In this document: one piece after another, positions 53,901 through 64,000 of the stretch | Layout of the letters: the number at the start of each line of letters is the position of its first letter | How positions within the stretch are numbered: the stretch's first letter is position 1 | Assembly: GCA_040954595.2 (NCBI GenBank) | Contig: CM082576.2 | Location: 9,489,129 to 9,553,128, forward strand | From: Balanoglossus misakiensis | Taxonomy: Eukaryota > Animalia > Hemichordata | Reading direction: 5' to 3' | Length of the DNA stretch: 64,000 bases | Program-made: the position numbers and the translations under genes | The notes under the pieces: generated by a model | What the model was told of the DNA's origin: nothing | The model's database searches: none | What the model saw: only the letters and a program-made list of their open reading frames with translations

Positions 53901-56900
53901 CGGGCGCACAACCGGCTGAACACGATCGGCGACCAGAGCCAGAGCCTGAGCAACCTGGGCAGGGCGCACGCCTACCAGCAGCCGGAGACCATGGTCTACA
54001 GCCAGCCGGAGATCCGCCAGCCCAACCAGTATAACAACCTCAACCCCTACGGGACGCACCTGAACTTGAACCTGGCGTCCCCGGCGTACAGCTACGTGGA
54101 CGCGTCGTCGGAATCTCTGCCGTACGGGCCCGTGTCGCTGAGGAACCACGCGGGGATGACCCACACGTACAGCACCCCGGAGCTGACGGCCCAGCACCTG
54201 CCGGCCGCGCACGAGTACATCACCTCCAAGCTGCTGCTGGACCACTACAATCCCCCGCCGGCCTACCCGAGGAACAGCACCAGCACGCCGGACTTGCCGC
54301 GACAATCGCTGCAGTATCAGCACATCAGCAGCAGCAGCCCGGACCTGATGAGTCGCCGCCTGCTGGGCCCGATCCCCACGCTGCAGGAACCGGCGTCGAT
54401 GCACGGCGCCGGCGCTTCCCTGGCAATCAACGTGAACTCGGCGGCGGGCAGCAGGAGCACCTCCCAGCGCTCGCTGCCCCTGTCGGCCATACAGGCCCTG
54501 AACTTGAACAACGAGGAGTATATGGAGACCCTGTCGCAGGTGGCCTCCTCCACCGAGCACACGATCCACATCAGCCGCGACGTGCAGACCGATATAACGC
54601 ACGAGGACATCATCGACGACGACACGGTCGAAGAAGGTCCGCTCGTGATCACGGCGGCGTCTTCTCCCACGGAGATGAGGGAGAATTCACCGAAGGTGCC
54701 TATCTACAACATTGAGAACAGCAACAGCACTGCTTTCGTGGGAATGACTCCCGATCGGGCGTCGAACTCGGAGACGGCGAGCGTCAGCAGCGTGGACGCG
54801 GCGGCCGTTGCGTTGTCGGCCGCGCAGTCTGTCCCGCAGCACGTGGAGGCTGATGTGAAAATAGTGCAAGACAAACCGGCCATGTCCATTGAGTATGACC
54901 CGAAGACTCCCGGATACGTGCAGATCATCGCCGCTGCGGGAGACAGCGTGAGGGACAGCGACGGCGCCCTCGATAGGAGGAAGTTGAACCACTCCGAGTC
55001 CTCCATAAGCATGGAAAAGACTGTGGCCCTCGAGGCGCTGGATAGGCCGCCGCCGGGAGGAGGAGGCGGGGAGGCCGCAGACAGGGGCGGCAAAGCCCAG
55101 CTGCAGCAGAGGGCCAGCAACGAGTCGGTGGCCACACCGGGGACGAGTGGATACAGCACCTCGAATGATTCTGACGCAGAGGAACCGTTGAGGCTCTCAA
55201 AAGGGGACAAACTCAAAGGTGTTCACATGGGACCATTAAAACTTGCTGCAATGAACGGATTGACATTGTCCAGGCTGATCGAGTTGAAGAACATGGACAA
55301 AGAAGATTCACCAGCACTGAAAGACCCGAGGGTAAGGTTTTTGCTGCTGTCTGCCAAAAATGTGATTCAACTGCTCTGATACTTTCTTTTGTCCTGCTTA
55401 AAAATGGCAGAGTGATATGATATAATACCGAACTTGAAAACAAGCAATTTATATTGTAGTACTTTTTTTTTCATAAAATGGGATTTACACGTATTTTCCC
55501 ATCTTTTTACAGTGGAAGGTGCTGGAACAGAAACTGGCTGATGGTTTGGTGTTCACCGAGTACGAACAGATACCAAAGAAGAAACCCAAAGCAGTCTATT
55601 CCACTGCTCAGAGAACAGAAAATGCAGCCAAGAACAGATTTACAGACGTACTGCCATATGAGGTAAGTTTGTCTGCACTCAGACGTGATTTATCGACCCA
55701 GCTGTGGGTGTTACGTAAGTGCAGTATGTTTTACTTTTAGATCTTCGTTTTTTTTTCTCTCGTGGTTGTTCAGGATACAAGGGTGAAGTTAGTGCAGGAC
55801 AAGAGGAATCCGACCGGTTACATCAACGCGTCGCTGGTCACGGTGACGGTCGCCGGCGAGGAACTCCACTACATCGCGGCTCAGGGTCCCCTCCACGAGA
55901 CGGTCATCGACTGGTGGAACATGATCTGGGAGCAGGGCGTTCACGTCATCGTCATGCTGACCGCCGAACTGGAGAACGGCAAGCAGAAGTGTTTCCGCTA
56001 CTGGCCGCAGTTCAACAGCAGTAAAAACACGCTGGATATTGGTCCTGTAAGTATCGAGATATTAAACCGGGGGGGATGGATCCTGAGTGTCAGCTGAATT
56101 CATTGTTGATATTGTGTTTCACTGTGGACACGAGTGGTTTGAGAGCTTCATTTGCAGAAAGATGTATGCATGCTATACTGCAGCTTCACACACTCTAGCA
56201 CATAGAGACACACAGTCTACACACACATACTCAATTTCACTGACATTCAAGTCAGGATAGTTCTTTGAAAGATACATTCAGCTGTGAAATGTAAAACAGA
56301 TTCATTCGTGATTTAATATTTCCTCAGCAAAAGCAACCAACGTTATTTTAAATATACTTTTACCCTTTCTTTCAGTTTAAACTGACCGGTCAGTTTTGCA
56401 ACGATTCTGGATTCTACGTAACGAGCGGAATCACGCTGAGGAACAAGACGACTGGAGAACAGCGCACTGTTTGGCATCTTCAGTTCACCGATTGGCCGCA
56501 TCAAGGTTGCCCGGACGATGTCCACGGGTTCCTAGGTAGGGTACACTGAAACTTGTTGTTTGCACGCTGTCGTCTTTTTAAGCCGTCCACCCCTACCCAC
56601 TAACAAAGTTGTGGTTAAACCCATTGTCTGCTGATGTTAGAGGGCTTTGAAATGCTGCTTGAAGGAAACTTGATCATGGTTCACAATTTTCTCTTGTAGC
56701 ATTCTTGGAAGAAATACAGTCTGTGTGTCGGCATGCCAACAGTATGATTGACAGCGACGTGTCACCGCCGGTGTTGGTCCATTGTAGCGCTGGCGTGGGA
56801 AGGACGGGTGTTGTCATCCTGGCTGACATCATGATTGCCTGCTTGGAATATAATGAAGTGAGTATAATCCCCCCAGTAATAATAACAGACATTTCTTATG

Positions 56901-57190
56901 AGTGCATGTATCTGTCTGACCAGATTGCGATGAATTAGTGATGAAATCCGTGCAAGTTGTCATCACATCTTCTCAGTTTTCTTCCCTTTCAACCTTCAGT
57001 TATACAAATTGTATAATGTGTTTAATGTGTTCCCTTTGACTCCTTTGTTTGCTTTCTGTAGAATGTGGATGTTCCCAAGATGCTTTCCCATCTGAGGAAG
57101 CAGCGCATGCTGATGGTGCAGACGGTCGGGCAGTACATCTTCGTTTACAGGACGCTAATTCAGTTCTTGAAAAACTCCCGACTCATCTAG
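44992..57190 (+). CDS. PTPN14: FERM-domain non-receptor protein tyrosine phosphatase, PTPN14/PTPN21 (Pez) co-orthologue, ~1,225 aa
   Basis: 14 coding exons: 44992-45165, 45832-46001, 49357-49454, 49972-50042, 50577-50735, 51996-52084, 52508-52678, 53132-53289, 53614-55331, 55513-55662, 55774-56046, 56376-56535, 56700-56857, 57062-57190. N-terminus '[13 protein letters not shown]', FERM domain, '[15 protein letters not shown]', '[11 protein letters not shown]', PTP signature '[11 protein letters not shown]', C-terminus 'FLKNSRLI*'. Confidence 0.93.
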
Positions 57191-59748
57191 ACGAACAAAA
57201 GGTGCAAAGCAAGGAAGGCAGTATTGTTTACAACTCAACATGGAGGTTTACCCTGTGAGGGCACATGGTACGCTGTGTGGAGCAGACGGCAGTGTTTGCT
57301 GGAGGGATGGCTAGTTAGCATAACAGTACATGCATTGTTATGTTAATAAGTTTCCTTTGTGTTTCCCCCAAATTAAAGGGTAGTTGCCGCTACCCTGTAA
57401 TTGCGCTGGGGAGAACACTTTGATAGCCGTGGAGTGACTGGCAAAATCGCACTTAGCAGTGTCAACCGTGACAGTGGAAGGGAAAAGTGTAGGACTCTCA
57501 ACCAACGCTGACCTGGAGAGGGAGCTCTCCGAAAGGCTTCTCTTCAGCTGGTGATGAGATGCAAGTTGAAGGAAGAAAAAAAAATTATATATTGGTACCA
57601 AAATATATCTGTATGTCAGAAACAGTAAAAAGCAATACTTAGGGGACAAAAAGTACAAATTCAGATTTTTTGTATAACCATGGCAACTCTTGAAAACACA
57701 TAGCAAACAGAATCATGTGGAGAAATTCAGTTGACTGTGCATGTTTTGAAACCTGTACGGCAGAAGTGATGTTGCAAATTTTAGTGTGCGACGTGAAAAG
57801 CTCACTACCACGGAATGGTGGATGTTGTCAGCTTATTTACTTTGATGATGGGCACAGCTGATTTACATTGATGGTGTCAGAGTTAATTGTTGGTTGACAG
57901 GAATAGGTGACTGTCAGTGTTGGTGGTACTCTTACGCAATGAAAAATTGTGGGCGTCATTGTAGATTGATCGTAATACGTGGTGCAGTATTAACCATCTG
58001 CTCGTCTGTACTCTGTCGGGTGGGATAGTGCCTCTGACGTCATCCAGTGTCAGCAGCATTGCTGCTTCCACCTGTAGAAACTGATGGATCTCATCGCCAG
58101 CAAGTGCCCGTTTTCTACTTGAGGGATGCCACTGCCGTCATCGCTGTCGATATCGGCTTACATGGGTAGACGCCAGTTTCACCACCAGTGCAGTGCTTGA
58201 ATTGGATCGATGGGATTCCCCCGCCTGCTCAGGTTTTTTTTGTTGCCACATTTATTACCCAACAGCATTCAATTGGTGGAGATCGACTCCCAGATGTCGA
58301 CTCCATCAGAAACGAACATTTCATTGGTGCTTAGTAGCATTAGAAACACAAATGAAAGAAGAAGAAAAAACAGCATTTAATTTGTACCTGATTGTCATGA
58401 ATTATGTATTTAAAGAAAAGATCCATCAATTTATGTTACCTTTAGTATTAATTTTACATATATTTTAAGATCAGCTAGCAACAATATATAATTTGACTAA
58501 AATGGCATGTAAAAATTATGTTCAAAATTCTTTTTGTTTTTGCGCTTTCTACATTTTTATGCAAATAGGGTTAAACAAACGCTTGGGGCTGGTCAGTAAT
58601 TTTGTACAAAATCCACCAAAGTCAACATTTCTGATTACTGCTGACAAAGATGGCCGCTCCTAGTGCACAGAAATTCCCATCAATCTCTTTGCTGTATTTT
58701 TTCAAGCCTTCACTAGACTGTACTCAGGAAAACCAGTTCAGAATTAGGTGTTTGGGTGCTACTTTTTAAAAAATCTTCAACATTTTACATGCATGTCATG
58801 TGTGTGGGCATTATCTTTCTGAGATTATGTTGAACGCACAGACTCTCTGATATATATAGCAACTGTATAGAAACGTCTGCTGGACAGATTTATGATGTAT
58901 GATATGATGTAAGGGAAGATCATGTTTTGGTTGACAGCAGTTAGTGATTACTTTTTTCCGAACATTTTGATGAAATTTCGCTGGTGTGATTTGGGGAATT
59001 ACGATAATGATATTCTGCAACTCTTTGTGCCATACAATGACATGGGCAGACTGGGCATCTCGACAGGCATGCATAATTGTTTATGTACAGCCTTTAGAGG
59101 ACCATTGTCATGTGCTATTACTAGCAAACATTACTAGCAAACATGCCAAGCAGACTAGAAATCGATCTGCCTCCAATGCGACATTCACCAACAGGTGAAC
59201 TTAAGAGCCTGCAGATTTTTTTTACACAAACAACGCCTGAACCGTTTCATCTTCATGGCATATGTCTCATCGCGCTTCCGCCATTGGCCGCTTCCGTACA
59301 CCGGTGCAAACCCAATCACAAAACCAATGTCCAATATTTATAGCTAGCTACCATGAAATGGTACTGTACGCCAAAATGTGCCTTAGAAGAAAAAAAAATA
59401 TCCACCCAGTGCTCTCGGCATTTCAACAATGGATGCCTTCACAGCCTTAGTCTTTGTCGTCTCTCTTTCTCTGCATACAAAAAAAATTTTTATTGTAAGA
59501 TTAACTGGTATTTCGACTGGATTAATTGTTATTATTTATACATGTGATTTGTACTCAGTGATATTTATCATATGCCTCAATGTCCACCATTTTGTTTACT
59601 GTTTTACTCGTATTATTGTCAACTATTTAATGAAATGTGAAGCAGAACAAATATTTTTATAAGGCAGTCTAATGTCTTGATGAAGTGTCACAATTGTAAT
59701 ATCGATTGATTGTGAGACTTTAAAATTTTAAATGGCTTTTATTACATC

Positions 59749-59853
59749 CTCTCTCTTCTTTCTTTGTCTTCTCTCTCTCTCTTGCTTGCTGTCTCTCTCT
59801 CTCTCTCTCTTTCGTTCTCTCTCTCTCTCTCTCTTTCATTCACTCTCTCTCTC
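59749..59853. repeat. (CT)n-rich microsatellite in the probable PTPN14 3'UTR
   Basis: Directly visible interrupted CT runs. Confidence 0.9.
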
Positions 59854-60111
59854 TGTACAGACTTTACACAGAAACAGTGTAATTTTAAAACTTTTCTAAA
59901 GACACACAAGCTCTCTCCTTGTACAGCTTATTTTTCTAATGTAATTTCTTTTCACCTTCCCTTCACGAATCCCACACTGTTACTATAGCAACACCTGTTG
60001 TTTTACGGGTGGGTTTTGAAATGTACAATAGTAGTATTATTTTGTGTATTTGCAAAATTTAAAGGCACACTCCTGGCCTGCTGTTGTAACATATTTCTGG
60101 TTACAGATATT

Positions 60112-60117
60112 AATAAA
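60112..60117 (+). terminator. Candidate distal polyadenylation signal of PTPN14/21 (implies a ~2.9-kb 3'UTR)
   Basis: AATAAA followed by a GT-rich tract (tggtgtatgtgtgtgctgttt) ~20 nt downstream, at the end of an AT-rich stretch. Confidence 0.5.
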
Positions 60118-61540
60118 AAAATATTGTATCAGAAACTATGGTGTATGTGTGTGCTGTTTGGAGTTGCTTGTACACATAGTGACACAGAGTTGCATTCAGC
60201 AATCCCTGACTTGAGGCACCCCCTATCGTGGCATCCTAGTAATCACTGGTTTGAGAACTTTTCAGAATTGATAGTGATATGGGATGTATAGAATATCACA
60301 GTTCAGAGATGACAACTCATGCAAGTGAACTGTTGACACACATTTGCACAATATTTCATGAATGTGTTTCAGTGAAAACATGGATCGTGAACTGTATCGT
60401 GGTTACGTCTAGCTGGATGACGTGCCCTGTCTTGGCTCGGTATCATGACAGACCATGATTTCGCATTCCTTTGTTCCACCACTGGCGGCGCTGTTCAATA
60501 CCGTTTCCTTCTGAGCGTACTTGATACTAGCAATCTTTGCAATGGGCGAAGTCTTCAGTTAATTTAAGCTATCAGCAATGATTCGATGCACGTTCCACAT
60601 TTGTAGCGATGCTAAACAAGAAGGAAAACTTGTCAGCATGTTTAAGGGAAAAAAGACATCATAACTTGATACACAGAGATTACAACTATTGCCCTGTTAT
60701 TAAAATATTCATGAATCAGCGAAGTAGTCCATAACCAAAGTCCAATGATTATTTTTATCCCCCTTGAAGGCCTGCGTGTGGTGCTCTTTAAGAAAACAAT
60801 GCACAATAAATCATTGTATTATTATAAGTTGCCTTCACTTCGAGGAAAGTACCTTATTTGCAAACTCTGACTTGACATGGACATACCATAGAGAGAGTCG
60901 CTCTATAGAACTACGGTCTGCACCACAAGACAAAGAAGGACATGTTTCTGAAATAGAGATCTTCAAGCTGGTTTGAAGGCAATTTTCTACTCAGTTACCG
61001 TAGAGACCTTGTCCGGTTCATTTCGGAGGAAGTGAGTAAGCTTTAAGATTATTTTAGCAAAACGTGAGAGAAACTTTAAGACCTTTTTTGTTCGAGACGC
61101 ATTACCTGTATTTTTCCAATCGCAAATTTGACCGAGCCAGTACTATAATATCAATGAAACTGGAATTTTCTTTTTTGTCTTAGTTTTCCTCTCTATATTA
61201 ACACATCTAGGGCATAAAACGACGATAAAGAAATAATTATATGTACCCTGCCACCGGGGGCCATATTGGCAAATGCCCACTGTCAGTTTGTAAGCATGAC
61301 TCGTAACTGTACGTCACACCTGGAAAGACACATCGTGGCAATTAAATCTTAGTGTTTAATAAATTTAGGTTTGCTGACATCACAATATACCTTTTGAAGA
61401 AAAAAGTTAGTCGGTTTGTTCATTTTTAAAGTAACAGACAGCGAATCCGATTACTACCATTTACCTCGGCTACCGGGGAACGCGGAAATAGTCCAACCGA
61501 AACCTATGTTTCTTCCTTTTTTTACTTCCTCTACCAGGAT

Positions 61541-64000
61541 ATGAGTACTTTACGAATCGCTATCCTGATTTTGGCGACCGCTGCCGGTCTTGGCCTAATT
61601 GCTGTCATTGTCATAATTATCTGCAAAAAGAAGCGACGTGGAGGAATATTTCAGGTAGGATTAGACTGTTCTAGGGCGATCAACTTGGATGCTATTAAAA
61701 ACAGACCCTTTATACTGTCAGTTTCTTGGACCTCAAACAATTTATACATGATATATATTCTCAACAATTTATTCATTTTGGCGAGATTTTCCCGTCTCTT
61801 CATCTTCACCATCATCACCCGAAACCCACAAATGTATCATACCTTAAATTGGGAGATATGACACATACATATAGCTTTTCTTGGACCATATTTGACACTT
61901 TTAAGACCGCGTGAACAGTAAAACCAAGCAAAAATTTCTGCAACTGTCTGCAACGAGTGCATTTTAGTATTTAAACAGCATAGGTCGTAGTTTCCAAGAA
62001 ATTTAAAGGTGTGTCCTTGCTGCAGATCGCCGGGTAAAGGAAGCCATGCTTATAATCGTAATATATCATAATCATAATATCATAACATTTTCGTCATGAC
62101 CGCGGCGTAGTCGGTAAATTGAAACACAGTCACGTGACAGTTGGGTCGTTTATACACGGCCGTATATACAGTAACGTGACTGTGAATTAAAAGAATCTAC
62201 AAATACGTGTGTATCTTTTTTTATTTTGTACAAACCTATCTTAAGTTTGGCACACCGACCCCAGGGTCAACTGTTTCATAGCGATCGAACTTATACACAT
62301 GTAGTGGACTTATAGCTTCAGCCGTTTTACACGACTTGGCATTATAGCACAGCTATACTAGCTCCGGTAGCTAGCATAAGTGACGTAAAGCAAATACAAA
62401 ATGATTTACAGCCTCCCAGTTTGTACCCTGACCAATACGACGATAGCTGCTGAACACATGACAAACTTTGTTGACATCCTTCATGATGTGGGGAGCCAGT
62501 TTTGACATCCCTAACGTTTATGCGTCAAGCAGGCTGTTCGTCAAGCAAAGTATGCCACCAAGTTAGTATACCGACCGCGCCTTACCCTAATTAGCAGGGT
62601 AAGAGCCCTGGGTACTCCGCTCCCAAAATTACAAAATAAAACTCTAAAACTGATTGGTTAAACTTTTACTAGAGGTCATCGTACAATTACTTTGTACTTT
62701 TCACAGAAATTTAACTGCTTTAATTTTGGACAAACAAGCAGTGCTGCAGGCGACACTGGCTGTCAGAGAGAAATCGAAGACGATCATGGGGGATGTGACA
62801 ATGCGGCCTATATGGAAATGGATCACACAGAAAAGGTAGGTTGCCCGGGGCACTAAAAACAATGTACGCGTATACTATTTAAACATTATATTGTGCAAGG
62901 TATATAAACCAGTAGGTCCCTAAATTTGACTGGTAAGTTTCAACGAATCCTTTCAAGCTTGTCTCAGCAGAAGCACAGTCCCTCTAATACAAGGGACTGT
63001 GGTAGAAGCTCCGAGCATGTAATCGACAGACTTCACCTGACGGTCATTTCGGATCATTTTTTGATCTAATTTGATTTTAACAAAGAAATCAGGGATGATA
63101 TAATCACATTTCTCATGTTTACAGGTCCTCAATGTCAATGTCAATGTCCAGGACACCGTTCCGTTACCTGGGCATGACCATGATATCGAGGGGACTCCAG
63201 GAAATGCCAGGTTCTCCCGTCGGGACCAATCGACTGAAGCTGTCACTGGTAACATGCATCCTCGGTCTGTCTCCGAGTACTATGAACACAGTTGCATTAC
63301 TTTAAGTAAACAAGACGAATTTCCGCCAGAAGCAGACGTTGCCTTTGCCGATGGTGAGGATGAAGCCGAGGCACGTAAACGACAAACATGGTGTTACAAT
63401 CCAAGAGACAAGTACGTATCCCAACTCCAAGATGGAGATAGGTCGAAAAGTTTGGACAGGCGAAATACCATTGACACGTCCAGTCTAAGCTCCCTACGAA
63501 AGAAAGCCTCAGCAACCAGCCGAGATAGTGGATACAAGTCATTAACTGAAACAATGTCGTATGATGGGAAAAGTGTTCAAGAGTTTCCAGAAGCGAGCAC
63601 TACTACTTCCATAGGAACAAATAATAAAGATGCACCTCAAGCTATGAATCCATCACCCGGAGAAAATGTTGGGAGAATGCTATACGAAACATGGAAAGAA
63701 AATGATAATGCCAGTTTTCACCTGCACAATGGATGCTACCAAAGAGAAAACTTTGTTGTTGGCAAGTTCGACAGTAAGGGTGGACATCTTCTCCACGAAA
63801 AGAATGGCGTCAGTTTAAGTGTTCCACCTGGCGCGATCCCCGATGGAGAGGTACAAGATATATACATGTACGTAACCCATGACGACGACGAAGATAGCCG
63901 GGGGAATTCAACGATCCTGAGTCCAACTATTTACTGTGGACCACCGTACACCTTCAAAGAACACTTGTTGCTGTCATTTCCCCATTGCGCCACTGAAGTT
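61541..64000 (+). CDS. Signal-anchored ZU5-domain protein (UNC5CL/UNC5-like), 3'-truncated
   Basis: Phase-0 exons 61541-61654, 62707-62835 and 63125-64000 (open to the window end). N-terminal TM 'IAILILATAAGLGLIAVIVIIIC' followed by KKKRR. ZU5 from ~63760: 'GKFDSKGGHLLHEKNGVSLSVPPGAIPDGEVQDIYMYV...TILSPTIYCGPPYTFKEHLLLSFPHCA'. Confidence 0.85.

Noticed and set aside
53667-55216. 311-aa and 170-aa minus-strand ORFs
   Set aside because: Antisense to the GC-rich PTPN14 linker exon. Low-complexity translations.

Overview
This is gene-dense animal genomic DNA with spliceosomal introns, probably from an invertebrate deuterostome (inferred from vertebrate-like CENP-F and PTPN14 sequences in a compact intron layout). 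I reconstructed seven intron-containing genes by hand with phase-consistent splice sites. In order: (1) a 3'-truncated Dispatched/Patched-family RND/SSD protein (-); (2,3) two tandem SLC5A8/12/NIS-like Na+:solute symporter paralogues (+); (4) a PLAAT/HRASLS acyltransferase (-); (5) a full-length ~3,740-aa CENP-F ending in the CKVQ farnesylation box (-); (6) a PTPN14/PTPN21 FERM-PTP (+), head-to-head with CENPF; (7) a 3'-truncated signal-anchored ZU5 protein (UNC5CL-like, +). There is also a Harbinger-type MITE and several microsatellites. I saw no rRNA, tRNA, CRISPR array or prokaryote-type system, and I cannot support a wholly new system. The best leads are the CENPF-PTPN14 divergent pair that mirrors the human arrangement, a WPD-to-WPH change in the phosphatase, loss of the putative Na3-site hydroxyls in one SLC5 paralogue, TEAD-motif clustering in the PTPN14 introns, a DSGxxS degron in the ZU5 protein, and strong enrichment of the palindrome TACATGTA.
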